In this document: positions 18,556 through 29,022 of the stretch, in pieces
How the letters are laid out: every line of letters begins with the position of its first letter
How positions within the stretch are numbered: the first letter of the stretch is position 1
Source: a virus
IMG/VR virus record: IMGVR_UViG_3300023179_000012
DNA: 64,000 bases
Reading direction: 5' to 3' (one strand)
Made by a program: the position numbers and the translations under genes
Notes under the pieces: generated by a model
Told to the model about the DNA's origin: nothing
The model's input: the letters and a program-made list of their open reading frames with translations, nothing else
The model's database searches: none

Positions 18556-19700
18556 AAATTGGCCTTTATTTCTCTTTCTATTTCTTCGTTTGCCATATCT
18601 GCCACATCTGGTTTTGATATTGTGATATTGACTATATTGTATGTGTTTTTACACTTAGAATATATTGTTTCAAATGCTTTTTGACCAGCATCATCACTAT
18701 CCATTATACAATATATAGTCATAGCGCCAGATCCATCCAACAATATTTTCTGTTTATCACTGAGATTAGAACCAAATAATGCTACAGAATTACGGATGTT
18801 GTTTTCCTCTAATCTCCAAACATTACCAGGACTCTCAACTAAAATTACAGACGATGATTCTAAAATATGTTTCTTTGCATACCATAGATTATAAAGATGA
18901 TTTTGGCTCTTGAATTGATAGTTATGTTTCCATTTAGCAAATTTCCATCTATCTTCTTCTGATGGACAATTATTAGAGGGATTATGAAAAGCGCCACAAG
19001 CCACACACTTACCGAATACGCTTCGACCAGTACATCCAACCACATACTTATGGTCAGTATCATATATTGGTGCTACTGCACGGTTATACATTTCTTTCTC
19101 TGGTTTATCACACAACCCAACATCATATCGGTCCAAAATCTCTTTACTAAATCCTCTATCAATAAAATATTTAGATGGTATAGTAAGAGAATTTCTAACA
19201 CTAACCCTTGTTATCTTATTAAGGAGTTCTGCTTCGGTATTGACTATATTTTTAACAATAGATGAGAACGATCTTTTTTCTAGTTCACTATTTGATATGG
19301 TAAAATTATTTAAATCTTGCCCCAGAAAGCTCTCTATGAATTTAATAGTTTCATTAAATGTTACTGTTTTATCGCCACTATTTTGCCAATTATACTTCTT
19401 GCTAGATAACACCCCTCTAACAAAACCTATAATAGACGATTTAAAAAACTTGTCACAATTATGTGTTCTACACTTCCAATTTCCTCTATATGACTCTCCC
19501 TCTGGATACAGATTGAAAGCTGTTTTATTATCTCCGTTATGAATTGGACATGGACCCACAAGCATCTTACTATGGTTTCTGATTTCATGTAAATCAAGAA
19601 CCTCTAATAGATGGTCTATATTATCACATACTTTATCACACAACAGTTTTAACTGCGCTTGATTATATGAACGGGATGTTTTGGTCATTAGTGTTGTCAT
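18552..19700 (-). CDS. dnaG: DnaG-type DNA primase
   Basis: CPIHNGDN...WKCRTHNC zinc finger; TOPRIM VILVES...MDSDDAGQKA. Confidence 0.85.
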   Translation of the reverse strand: MTTLMTKTSRSYNQAQLKLLCDKVCDNIDHLLEVLDLHEIRNHSKMLVGPCPIHNGDNKTAFNLYPEGESYRGNWKCRTHNCDKFFKSSIIGFVRGVLSSKKYNWQNSGDKTVTFNETIKFIESFLGQDLNNFTISNSELEKRSFSSIVKNIVNTEAELLNKITRVSVRNSLTIPSKYFIDRGFSKEILDRYDVGLCDKPEKEMYNRAVAPIYDTDHKYVVGCTGRSVFGKCVACGAFHNPSNNCPSEEDRWKFAKWKHNYQFKSQNHLYNLWYAKKHILESSSVILVESPGNVWRLEENNIRNSVALFGSNLSDKQKILLDGSGAMTIYCIMDSDDAGQKAFETIYSKCKNTYNIVNITISKPDVADMANEEIEREIKANL

Positions 19701-21126
19701 TTGTTATTACGAATCCGTCTTGAGATTTTGTTGATACATTATTTGCGATTTCTAGTTTGGTACGACCTTCTGTAATTTTGGCGCACCAACCCTTCATATG
19801 ACAGTTTATATAATCATTATCATCTAGACCACCACCATGACGGCTAATAATTGGTACGAGTTTTCTATTGCCCTCATTTGGTCCATCTTCCGCGACTTCT
19901 TCGTCGCTTTTACGTTTAAATATTGTAAAATTACTACATAACCATATGATTCTATCTGATCCACTCGCCGTATCTGTACTTTCTTTTGTGATACCATCAC
20001 GATTTAATTGTACAAATGCAACAATCGGTACTTTATATCGTGTGGCAAAATTATGTAAACTGGTCATCATAAAACCAAGTACCTGATACTCTTTTAGGTC
20101 TTGACTCATGCCTTGACTATCCATTAGTTTTAAATAGTCATAAAATATTACACATGGTTTTGCTGTACCGTCGTCCTCTAAACCAACATCTTTAACAATC
20201 CATCTTCTCATAAGTGCTAACTGTTCTTCAAATGGTTTACCAGCAATAGACTTATAAAAAATATTGGTGTTTTGTAATGTTTTAGCGGCGTTAAGTATTT
20301 TTTCTTTTTGGTTAGGAGAATCAGCAAATTTGCCTGTTTCGATAGCATTAATTTCTGTTTCTGTCATCATAGCCAACAATCTGTTGATATGATCTTCTTT
20401 GGTCATTTCTGTATCCAGATTCAATACTGGAATACCTTGTTTAGATACGTGCCAACCCATATTATCAACTAGTAATGTTTTACCAGTTTTTGGTCTTGCA
20501 GCAATCACATTAACTGTACTGCGTCTTAATCCTCCACCAATAGCACTATCGTACACTGGAAAACCAGTAGGAATACCAATTTGATCAACCGGATTATCTA
20601 CAAGATTTTGAAGATAGCTATCTATGCCTTCTGTAATTTTAATAGGATTATTATCAGTATCATTGATTAATGTGGTAAAATCAAATATCGCATCTTCTGC
20701 TATAGACAAGATTGATGTTATGGTTTCATTACCGTTAATATCAAGAATCTTTTCTTTTGCCTGATCCAATTGTTCATACAAAAGTCTTGCTATTTGTAGT
20801 TTGCGTATTTTCGCAGCAAATTTACCAATATTATCTTGATTAACGGGAAAATCTAAAATAGCTTTAAGATGCTGAGTTTCTTCCTTCTTAGATAGAATAT
20901 GGGATAATCCAAGTTCTTGTGCGGAAGAATAGATTGATGCTATATCTATAGAAGAGATTTCATTATGCTCGCATATATTCTTGATACACGAGAATATAAT
21001 CTTATTACTATCGATGGTAAAAGAAGAGTCATTGAGTATATCGGCAATATCTAAATATGATCCTTGACCATATTTACAAATACCAGATAGTACAGCTCTT
21101 TCTGCTGATGGGTCCGCTAGAATCAT
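19663..21126 (-). CDS. dnaB: Replicative DNA helicase
   Basis: AARPKTGKT, LDTEM, IFYDYLKLM, FVQLNRD, SGSDRI. Confidence 0.92.
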   Translation of the reverse strand: MILADPSAERAVLSGICKYGQGSYLDIADILNDSSFTIDSNKIIFSCIKNICEHNEISSIDIASIYSSAQELGLSHILSKKEETQHLKAILDFPVNQDNIGKFAAKIRKLQIARLLYEQLDQAKEKILDINGNETITSILSIAEDAIFDFTTLINDTDNNPIKITEGIDSYLQNLVDNPVDQIGIPTGFPVYDSAIGGGLRRSTVNVIAARPKTGKTLLVDNMGWHVSKQGIPVLNLDTEMTKEDHINRLLAMMTETEINAIETGKFADSPNQKEKILNAAKTLQNTNIFYKSIAGKPFEEQLALMRRWIVKDVGLEDDGTAKPCVIFYDYLKLMDSQGMSQDLKEYQVLGFMMTSLHNFATRYKVPIVAFVQLNRDGITKESTDTASGSDRIIWLCSNFTIFKRKSDEEVAEDGPNEGNRKLVPIISRHGGGLDDNDYINCHMKGWCAKITEGRTKLEIANNVSTKSQDGFVITNDNTNDQNIPFI

Positions 21127-21128
21127 TT

Positions 21129-21506
21129 TTACTTACCGGGTGACGAAGAACACCTATTACATTTATATCTTTCGGCCGAGTCTGGCAAGATGGCCGGATT
21201 TACTTTCTCTCTCTTACCACAATCTCTACAAACCACATCTACTGCTTTAAATTTTCTACTTCTTGGCGTTGGAGGATTAATAGCTAGTTTTTTATCAATA
21301 GCCCTATCTCCTTTATGCATATCTTTTTCTGCCATTTCTAAAAATTTATTTTTATGGCCAGACTTGTTAGATTTTGTTGTTTTAGTTTTAATAGGAGACT
21401 CCGAATTGTCATCATCGGAATCGTCGGTATTGTCTTTTGGCAACATTTGTTGTAAAAGAGAAATAAGCTGTTTGATTTGTTCGGTATCACCCATATTAAG
21501 ATCCAT
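21129..21506 (-). CDS. Hypothetical protein with C-terminal Zn ribbon
   Basis: CRDCG...YKCNRC. Confidence 0.55.
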   Translation of the reverse strand: MDLNMGDTEQIKQLISLLQQMLPKDNTDDSDDDNSESPIKTKTTKSNKSGHKNKFLEMAEKDMHKGDRAIDKKLAINPPTPRSRKFKAVDVVCRDCGKREKVNPAILPDSAERYKCNRCSSSPGK

Positions 21507-22014
21507 ATTTACCTTTCGTTTTCTGAATAGATAGAATAATATCTGATAAATTTTTTACCGCTGATGATAAATATGTAAGTCTATCAGATCTTTGTTTAGC
21601 ATATTTTTTAATCTTGTTGAGAGACACAGCCTTATCATTATGTTTAATCGCTTGTGCCGACTTCTCCAAGTAGCCATACCCCTTATAGTTATTTATATCG
21701 TCAGCAATAACCTCTTTGATAGTCTCATCTGCCCAATTATATCTTGCGTTTTCTCTATTAATTGTTCTTTGTAAATGAAAAGAAAACTGGGCTAATCTAT
21801 ATGATATTTGAGCACAATCTTCTGGACCCAATTTTTCTAGAGAGTCTCTATTCATTGTTAAATAATTGTTAAGCTCACTTTCTGGTAATAGTTGAGCAGA
21901 ATATAATGGTAGACCAATACTGTTTTCGTATTCATCTAGAACTTTGTCCCAATATCCAACCTGATCATTTGATGATCCTTTTGGCTGATTAACTACTGTA
22001 TCTTTGTCTTCCAT
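21496..22014 (-). CDS. Helical protein, possibly UvsY-like recombination mediator
   Basis: Coiled-coil character, size and position next to recA only. Confidence 0.35.
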   Translation of the reverse strand: MEDKDTVVNQPKGSSNDQVGYWDKVLDEYENSIGLPLYSAQLLPESELNNYLTMNRDSLEKLGPEDCAQISYRLAQFSFHLQRTINRENARYNWADETIKEVIADDINNYKGYGYLEKSAQAIKHNDKAVSLNKIKKYAKQRSDRLTYLSSAVKNLSDIILSIQKTKGKYGS

Positions 22015-22394
22015 TCTTCATCCGTTTCTGTATATGGGAATTCTATATACTTTATGCCGTTAATTTCACACCATTCTCTTTTTTCTCTGTCTCGTTTTTG
22101 AGATTTGATAAATCCAAATTGGTTATGATGATAAAATTGTACAAATTTATAGTGCTGTTCACCATGAACTTCCACGGCGGTTTTAAGCATTGGTATATAA
22201 AAGTCTAGATAATAAGTTTCTTTTTTTCTAGCTTGTATAGGTACTTCTTCTAAAATTTGCAAAGTAGGATAACAATCTTTTAATATCTGTCTTGCTCTAG
22301 TGTGAAATGACGATTTGTTTTCCAATGTAGCATGAGCATAGTGTCCTGTCAACTGCCAATTTAAAAGTTGTCCATCTAAAGTTTTTATTTGCAT
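21993..22394 (-). CDS. Vsr/DUF559-like endonuclease
   Basis: YYLDFYIP...AVEVHGEQHY...RDREKREWC. Confidence 0.75.
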   Translation of the reverse strand: MQIKTLDGQLLNWQLTGHYAHATLENKSSFHTRARQILKDCYPTLQILEEVPIQARKKETYYLDFYIPMLKTAVEVHGEQHYKFVQFYHHNQFGFIKSQKRDREKREWCEINGIKYIEFPYTETDEEWKTKIQ

Positions 22395-23392
22395 TTAACG
22401 CCCATAGCATCTTTAACAGACTTTTCTAATTCGCCATATTCTTTAGGGTTATCCACAAAATATTGACGCATTTTTTCCATACCCTGGAATTTCTCTTCTT
22501 TGTATGTGTACCAAGCACCACCCTTGTTTATGAGGCCGATATCGACGGCGAAATTTATAAGTTCAGTGTGCTTGTCAATTCCCTGCCCATATCTTAAATA
22601 CGAGGTTATAGAGCCTCCTGGTGGCCCTAGAGCGGAGCATATGACTTGCCATTCGATCTCTTGACCTATCTGTGTACTATCAGCACTAAGGGTCCAAGGT
22701 TTAAAAGATTTGGCCCTAATTTTGATATCGGTTTGATAGGCTATTGCTTGTCCACTTTTCTCCTTGAATTCCGCACCATAACCCGTTGGATTACCCATTA
22801 AGTGAGTAATACCTATAACAATATTTTTATTTACTGGAATAACGTTTGCTACTTTACGACAAAACTTAGCAAGTAATTTGGCGCCATCTGCTCGTTGCAT
22901 CTTATCCATATCGCTTGTTATTTCTGCTTCTGTACATAGTGCTGAGTATGAGTCTATGATAATAACACTACCGGGAAGTTCATTTATTAATCTTTCTGCT
23001 ATTTGTAAATATTCTTCCGCGTGTAAAATTTTGCCTTGTTGACTTCCTATAACATGAAATCTTGATAAATCTAAACCCGGTATTCCTTCTAGGTCTCTTT
23101 TTTTCAATCGACCTTCAATGTTTAGGTAATACACTTCTCTAGGTGTTTTGGAAGTTCCTTGGTACTCTGGTCGTTGTGCTGTTGCTGCAAAGTCGAGACT
23201 TGTTGTTGTTTTACCACACTTGGGTTGTCCCGTTAATACAACAAAACTACCCTCTGGTACTCCACCATTCAAAATAATATCTAATGATGGGCTTACTGGT
23301 ATGATAACAGATTCTTTATCAACAATAGAATTGCCATTTAGAATTATATCAGCACCAAACTGTTTCCTAACGTCTTCTTTAATTTTACTCAT
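22385..23392 (-). CDS. recA: RecA/UvsX recombinase
   Basis: SPSLDIILNGGVPEG, GQPKCGKTT, IIIDSYSAL, SGQAIAYQTDIKI, GAWYTY. Confidence 0.92.
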   Translation of the reverse strand: MSKIKEDVRKQFGADIILNGNSIVDKESVIIPVSPSLDIILNGGVPEGSFVVLTGQPKCGKTTTSLDFAATAQRPEYQGTSKTPREVYYLNIEGRLKKRDLEGIPGLDLSRFHVIGSQQGKILHAEEYLQIAERLINELPGSVIIIDSYSALCTEAEITSDMDKMQRADGAKLLAKFCRKVANVIPVNKNIVIGITHLMGNPTGYGAEFKEKSGQAIAYQTDIKIRAKSFKPWTLSADSTQIGQEIEWQVICSALGPPGGSITSYLRYGQGIDKHTELINFAVDIGLINKGGAWYTYKEEKFQGMEKMRQYFVDNPKEYGELEKSVKDAMGVKCK

Positions 23393-23796
23393 TCTAATTC
23401 CTTTAGTTTGGATATGGTTGATTTCTTGTTGTCTGTTTTTCTAAACTGTTTGTTATTGGATCTATCATAAGTATTAGTGATCTCTTTATTTTGAGAATCA
23501 ACAATCTTTTGTTCTTGTTCTATGATAGCCTTAAGATGAGGAGCCCTCAACGAATAAATATTAGAAGCCCTAGGATGTTTTAAAGCTTTAATAATAGCTT
23601 TTTCATCGTATTTAGCTAATAATTTATTTGCTGTTGCTATTTGATCTCTATAATATTTTGACCAGTCCTTGTTGGTCCAAAACTTGAATCCTAAATCTTT
23701 TTTATCTACCTTTGCCTTGTTCTCGCATATTAGTTCAGTAATATATTGAGCAGCAGAAACCAATTTACCATTGGAATACCTAGACGGATATTTGAT
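23389..23796 (-). CDS. Hypothetical protein
   Basis: Start reassigned to MIKYPSRYS at 23796. Confidence 0.55.
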   Translation of the reverse strand: MKYPSRYSNGKLVSAAQYITELICENKAKVDKKDLGFKFWTNKDWSKYYRDQIATANKLLAKYDEKAIIKALKHPRASNIYSLRAPHLKAIIEQEQKIVDSQNKEITNTYDRSNNKQFRKTDNKKSTISKLKELE

Positions 23797-23800
23797 CATA

Positions 23801-24148
23801 TTATTTTTTAATTGGATTATAAATAGCCGACTTGTCTCTGTGTGTTTTAGGCTGAAAAGTTTTTTTAGCAGCGTCATTTACCATCGATGCTTCTGGTGTC
23901 ATGATAGATACGCCCTTATTTTTCTTACCAGCAGTTTGATGAACAATAAGATTTTTATTTTTAACTTCACCAACTACGCTAGAAGTTGTTTTGACATTAT
24001 TATCTTCATTAATAGACTTAAATTTCTCTAAACAGTTTTTTACTGTTTCTTCTGGAATATTCAGTTCATTAACAATTGCCGTTGTATCTAATCCTTGACT
24101 AGATAACCATAAAATTGCATACTTATCTTTTTTGTTGAGTCTGGCCAT
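23801..24148 (-). CDS. Hypothetical protein with N-terminal HTH-like segment
   Basis: LDTTAIVNELNIPEETVKNCL. Confidence 0.5.
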   Translation of the reverse strand: MARLNKKDKYAILWLSSQGLDTTAIVNELNIPEETVKNCLEKFKSINEDNNVKTTSSVVGEVKNKNLIVHQTAGKKNKGVSIMTPEASMVNDAAKKTFQPKTHRDKSAIYNPIKK

Positions 24149-24555
24149 TATTCTGCCTCCCTATCTGCGTTGTATAACCATGATAAATTTTTACTCTTGA
24201 GAAAGTTCAAATACATATTGAACACACTTACTGAAACAGACTTAAACTTAGGCTCTCTACATTTTCTATCTAAGAAATTGCTTGTCATTTTTTGCTTAGA
24301 TGTTATATTGGTTGGGTTATGTAGTTTGCCATCAGTGTTCATCTTAATCAAAAATCTTGGACTTCTTTTATCTGTAAATAGTTTTTTCGCTAAAGTCTTT
24401 GGTCCGTCCTTAACTAGTCTTGGATTATTATCCTCATCGTAATAATCATGATCTCCGGTCAAGGTATAAAATTCATCTAATTGATCAATATTCTCTGATT
24501 CTTTTTGTTCAAAAATAAACTCTTGACTATTTAGCTCTCTCATAACTATCTCCAT
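24148..24555 (-). CDS. Hypothetical protein
   Basis: Overlapping start/stop with neighbours. Confidence 0.55.
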   Translation of the reverse strand: MEIVMRELNSQEFIFEQKESENIDQLDEFYTLTGDHDYYDEDNNPRLVKDGPKTLAKKLFTDKRSPRFLIKMNTDGKLHNPTNITSKQKMTSNFLDRKCREPKFKSVSVSVFNMYLNFLKSKNLSWLYNADREAE

Positions 24556-24893
24556 TTGGGCTTAGGTGGTTTTTTGATTCTGCTCATACCTTTTGGTAGT
24601 GGCTTTGTTTCTGTTTTTTCTTCTTTATAAGAATTATGCTTCATATAAAGATCAGTCTTTTGATCATTACTCATTCTTTCACTATTACGCATTGCCAAAT
24701 CGCCTATAGTCTTTAGTTCATTATCAGACTTTTTGACCGATGCTGATTGAGTTGCCACATCAACAATATAGTCTCTATGAGCTTTAGTTTTTTTACATAA
24801 TAAGCAAGTTGGTTCTGGATCGTATTCTGCAATAGAGGAGAATAGTTCAAAACTTTTTTTGCATTTTTCACAATAGTAGGTATAAGTTGGCAT
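24546..24893 (-). CDS. FmdB-family zinc-ribbon protein
   Basis: MPTYTYYCEKC...FE...CLLC; TAATG overlap with the upstream HNH gene. Confidence 0.8.
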   Translation of the reverse strand: MPTYTYYCEKCKKSFELFSSIAEYDPEPTCLLCKKTKAHRDYIVDVATQSASVKKSDNELKTIGDLAMRNSERMSNDQKTDLYMKHNSYKEEKTETKPLPKGMSRIKKPPKPKWR

Positions 24894-25492
24894 TATTGAA
24901 TATATGAATCTGGTAGATACATTCTCCATTCCTCTGGAGTATCATCCTTTATACTAAGAAGAGACTGTACCACTGGCAAGTACTTGTAAGTTTTTTGTGG
25001 TTTTATTGGCAAGTTTTGTAATTTCATACCAGCATCTTTAGGCGTTTTATTACCCTTTTTCCGATTGCATTTTATACAACAGGTAACTATATTGGTCCAA
25101 CTAGTGGGACTAGTATTGGATCTCCATATTGACTTTGGTACAACGTGGTCGTAGGTTAAATCTATAATAGGAAACTTATTATTACAATACTGACAAGTGT
25201 AATTATCTCTTATTAGGATATTTTTACGACTAAAATTAACATGATGATTATTAATATGAAAAAATCTTCTTGTTTTAGCAACGGCGGGAACTGGAAATTT
25301 TTTACCAATACCTTGAATAAAATCATTCTTATAGAAATCAATGATCTCTATAGGAAATTCCGTATCACTTTCAATGCTTCTAAAACTCCATGAAATTGCC
25401 TTTATCCAATCTATCAATCCAAACGGACTATAATCAGCATTAAGCAATAAGCATTTTTTATGTTGTACTTCTGTTGATATCATCGCTTTCAT
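24893..25492 (-). CDS. HNH endonuclease (McrA-like)
   Basis: LLLNADY, RKNILIRDNYTCQYC, TYDHVVP, WTNIVTCCIKCNRKKG. Confidence 0.88.
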   Translation of the reverse strand: MKAMISTEVQHKKCLLLNADYSPFGLIDWIKAISWSFRSIESDTEFPIEIIDFYKNDFIQGIGKKFPVPAVAKTRRFFHINNHHVNFSRKNILIRDNYTCQYCNNKFPIIDLTYDHVVPKSIWRSNTSPTSWTNIVTCCIKCNRKKGNKTPKDAGMKLQNLPIKPQKTYKYLPVVQSLLSIKDDTPEEWRMYLPDSYIQ

Positions 25493-26198
25493 ATTGATCT
25501 AGTTTTGTCATTATTTTGCCAATGATAGGATTTCTTATAATATCTGAATTTTTTAGTTCAGACAAGCCAATACCTTCCGTATCATATAACGCTTTAATCA
25601 TTCCTAAGAATCCTCCTCTCATAGTTCTATGAAGATCGGATTGACTTATATCTCCAGTTAGTACCATTTTACTATCCATACCTATGCGTGTTAGTAACAT
25701 TTTTAATTGATCGTATGAGGCATTTTGACATTCATCAGCAATAATAAAACTATGATGAAAATTACGACCTCTCATTAATCCCAATGGTACTATCTCAATT
25801 TTATTATTTAGTTTTAGTGTTGCATATTGACTCATCGGAATGAAATGTAGTATTTCATCCAATATTGGTAATAAATAAGGATGAAGTTTTTCTTCTGCTG
25901 TTCCAGGCAAATAACCAATTTTTTCACCACTTTCCACTACTGGTCTAGTGATGATGATTTTTTTAACCTTCTCATCAAGAAGATATTCTAATCCCATGCC
26001 AACCGCAATATGCGTTTTACCGCTACCAGCAACGCCTTGGCAAAAAGTTATGGTATTTTCTGCTACTGTACGAATATATTCTTTTTGATTATCCGTTCTT
26101 GGTCTAAGTCTATTTCTATAGATAGGACCACTTACTTCGATATTATTAGTAGCATCTATTACCCTAGACTTCTTCTTATCTTTATTATTTTTTCTCAA
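25458..26198 (-). CDS. phoH: PhoH-family ATPase
   Basis: GVAGSGKT, ITRPVVE, GYLPG, MRGRNF, IIADECQN, LTGDISQSD. Confidence 0.93.
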   Translation of the reverse strand: MRKNNKDKKKSRVIDATNNIEVSGPIYRNRLRPRTDNQKEYIRTVAENTITFCQGVAGSGKTHIAVGMGLEYLLDEKVKKIIITRPVVESGEKIGYLPGTAEEKLHPYLLPILDEILHFIPMSQYATLKLNNKIEIVPLGLMRGRNFHHSFIIADECQNASYDQLKMLLTRIGMDSKMVLTGDISQSDLHRTMRGGFLGMIKALYDTEGIGLSELKNSDIIRNPIIGKIMTKLDQYESDDINRSTT

Positions 26199-26223
26199 TG
26201 CAATTACCTCACTGAAATAGGGA

Positions 26224-28416
26224 TTAAATTAGACAGGCGCCACCAGCACAACTAACTTCCTCTATTCCAGCAGTATTGTCCTCTGTTTCCAATAGTTGTG
26301 TATAATCTACTTTCTTATAGCTATCAAACAGATCACAATAAATTTTCCAATTGTAAACATCCTTCATACAGTATGTTAATCTCTTAACATCTCCAGCAAA
26401 ATATTTTCCAGCAAAGTTTTTCATTTTCGTTACGAATTTTAATTTAGATTCATGATGATCTTTGTGGGCTTGATTTAATGTTACATAATCACAGGCTGCC
26501 CATAGATTATTTTCAAAAGCATTGAGGCCAAGTTCTATTAAACCAGAGCACCATAACGCAGCATCTCCGTATTCTTTTACGATTTCTCTGCTAGTATACA
26601 CAGTAGTAAACGGGGCTTGTGGATAATCTTTATCACCGCTCTGTGGAATAAGACTAATACCAGCAAAATACTTACGATTATCGTAGATATATTTTGTAAC
26701 CTCTTCCCATTCATCTGGTTTTACTGTTACAGTATTGCTAACATTATGACTTAAATAATCCTGTGTACATAATCCCTTATTCTTACCAGAATGAACCCAA
26801 TTCTTTTGTGTATCTTTAACAATTGCTAACATATCAGTAGCGGGTAATTGATTCTTGGTTTTTGCACCATCTGGTACTTCAATCGGAAACTTAATAACTT
26901 CATCAGTATTATTTGCTGACCACGAAGACTTTTCACAGGCTTGTGGGTTATATGTTTTAAAGTGTTGGTATGGTGCTTCTAAAACATTGGCCTGCACATG
27001 CCTAATATAGCGTTTAGCATGGTGAGGGTGGATGCCAGAACTAGTACCAAGCATACTACTACTAGTGCCTTCTGGTTTTAAGCATGTGACTCTTGCCGCC
27101 TGATTGATACCAATTTTTTTGGCCATTTCTTTATTTGTTTCCACCGCTATTTTAGCACCAGCCCTTAATACCTTTTCTGATAATACAATATCGTGCTTTT
27201 CCATGATACCAGTTAGCGAAACACCTAATAGCGCTTCTCGTGCAAAAATTTTGCAACTAATGTCTCCTAGATAATCTAGCTTAGTAAATCCAGCTTGTAG
27301 AGTACCTATAATAGCAGCAGCCTTGCATCTTTCATAAAAATCTTCCTCATCTTCTATTGACGAGCAATTAATTGTTGAAAGATTACATCCTTGCCACCCG
27401 CTTTTGCCTGTGATTTCATCAATTGGCCACATTCCAACTTCGACGCACGGATTAAAGGTCATTTCTGTTGAATCACTCCAAATAAATCCTGGTTCACCGA
27501 ATTCTTTAACGCTTTCCATTAATGTTTGGAATTCTTCAAAAGTTGTATCGTCTTTTAATAGAAGTGCTGAGTTGTTGCTTCTTGCTCTTTGTGGATTTTC
27601 CATATACCAATTACCAGTTTTAGCTTTTGCCATTTCCTCATCATCAGCACTAAATAATGCTAAACTAGCAGAACGGCGAACACCACCGCTTAATACAGCA
27701 TCACTACTATGCATAATAATATCATAAGCATCAATAGGACGTAATTTCTTTTGACCATTAGCAATACAACGATCTAGTAAGATTCTAATTTTTTCTAGTC
27801 CTTTTGCAAGAGGTTCAAATCCGGGAGCCTTGCCAATACCAGAACTTAGATTAGATCCTTGTGGACGAATATTGCTATAATCAAAAACAACATAGGTATT
27901 CTTATATTCTTTAAATTCATCAATTGGCTTACTAAAATATGAGCTTAGTAGAACACCAAGAGCATCGGCCCAGCCCTCGATACTATCTTCTATGATATAT
28001 TTTGTTCCTTCTCCTTCTGGTGGATTGTGTTCTAGTGTTGGTAATTTAGCCACATGATGTTTTTGTACACTAAATCCTGTGCCACTACCACATAGCAATA
28101 GCCAAAAACACTCTTGAAAAAATCGTAGTCTGTCACAATAAGAACTTGTGCAGTTATATATCTTGGCGTGTCTTTTTAGAATCGGATCTCCACCGAACTG
28201 TAAGCCTCTTTGACTTCCAAGAACCTTTTTCTTGTACATCATATCGTATGCCCAATTAATATCTTCGGAGATATTCTTATCTGCATACATAGTATGCATC
28301 ATATTTTTCACACGTTCAACCGCCTCCTTCCAAGTTTCTCTGCGATTTTTATCCTCTAACCAACGAGCATACTTGCTAACAAATGTATAATTTTGCAGTT
28401 CTTGAAGAGCGGACAT
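26224..28416 (-). CDS. nrdJ: Class II (B12-dependent) ribonucleotide reductase, monomeric RTPR type
   Basis: YNCT, GGVRRSA, NPCVE, GCNLS, KPEGTSS, C-terminal CAGGAC; no ATP cone. Confidence 0.92.
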   Translation of the reverse strand: MSALQELQNYTFVSKYARWLEDKNRRETWKEAVERVKNMMHTMYADKNISEDINWAYDMMYKKKVLGSQRGLQFGGDPILKRHAKIYNCTSSYCDRLRFFQECFWLLLCGSGTGFSVQKHHVAKLPTLEHNPPEGEGTKYIIEDSIEGWADALGVLLSSYFSKPIDEFKEYKNTYVVFDYSNIRPQGSNLSSGIGKAPGFEPLAKGLEKIRILLDRCIANGQKKLRPIDAYDIIMHSSDAVLSGGVRRSASLALFSADDEEMAKAKTGNWYMENPQRARSNNSALLLKDDTTFEEFQTLMESVKEFGEPGFIWSDSTEMTFNPCVEVGMWPIDEITGKSGWQGCNLSTINCSSIEDEEDFYERCKAAAIIGTLQAGFTKLDYLGDISCKIFAREALLGVSLTGIMEKHDIVLSEKVLRAGAKIAVETNKEMAKKIGINQAARVTCLKPEGTSSSMLGTSSGIHPHHAKRYIRHVQANVLEAPYQHFKTYNPQACEKSSWSANNTDEVIKFPIEVPDGAKTKNQLPATDMLAIVKDTQKNWVHSGKNKGLCTQDYLSHNVSNTVTVKPDEWEEVTKYIYDNRKYFAGISLIPQSGDKDYPQAPFTTVYTSREIVKEYGDAALWCSGLIELGLNAFENNLWAACDYVTLNQAHKDHHESKLKFVTKMKNFAGKYFAGDVKRLTYCMKDVYNWKIYCDLFDSYKKVDYTQLLETEDNTAGIEEVSCAGGACLI

Positions 28417-28551
28417 ATTATCTCCTATGAAGTTTATTAATGATCACTGATAGACCAAATATTGCCATTATCCACACAATAGTCTGTTTTCATCTTTTCA
28501 TTTCCGGCAATACTGTTATAGAAATAAAATATAAAAAAATATTATTACATA

Positions 28552-29022
28552 TCATATTACACCACACAAATGTTTCAGCCATGAAAGATTAGGTTCCACA
28601 TAAATAATTTCAATGCTGCTCATTTGTACAAAAGTATCAAAATGTTTTTGTGCATTATCATCAAATAAATGTGTGCCGTGATTTTTTGACATTACCACTT
28701 TTGTTATTCCTTCTTGCCACAAAGCCATAATACAATCATTGCAGCATTGGCCTGTCACATATGCTATTCCATTTTCTGGTCTTATAACACAGTTCGATAA
28801 AGCATTTCTTTCAGCATGGATCATCCAAGGATATTTTTCTGGTCTAGTGTTTGGCAACAACTCATCATTCAATCCTCTTGGAAATCCATTATATCCTAAT
28901 CCTAAAATCCTATTATGATTATCTGTGATAACGCAACCGTGTTGCGTTTGAGTGTCGTGGCTTCGTTGAGAAACAACTTTAGCCAATCCTAAAAAATAAT
29001 CTGTCCAGTTGGGTCTTGTCAT
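28552..29022 (-). CDS. dCMP deaminase
   Basis: GYNGFPRG, HAERNA, CCNDC zinc motif. Confidence 0.9.
   Translation of the reverse strand: MTRPNWTDYFLGLAKVVSQRSHDTQTQHGCVITDNHNRILGLGYNGFPRGLNDELLPNTRPEKYPWMIHAERNALSNCVIRPENGIAYVTGQCCNDCIMALWQEGITKVVMSKNHGTHLFDDNAQKHFDTFVQMSSIEIIYVEPNLSWLKHLCGVI

Noticed and set aside
28417-28551. Possible TGA read-through small membrane ORF (MICNN...MKR*KQTIVWIMAIFG...)
   Set aside because: Single short case; TGA is used as a genuine stop in many ATGA overlaps, so there is no support for recoding.
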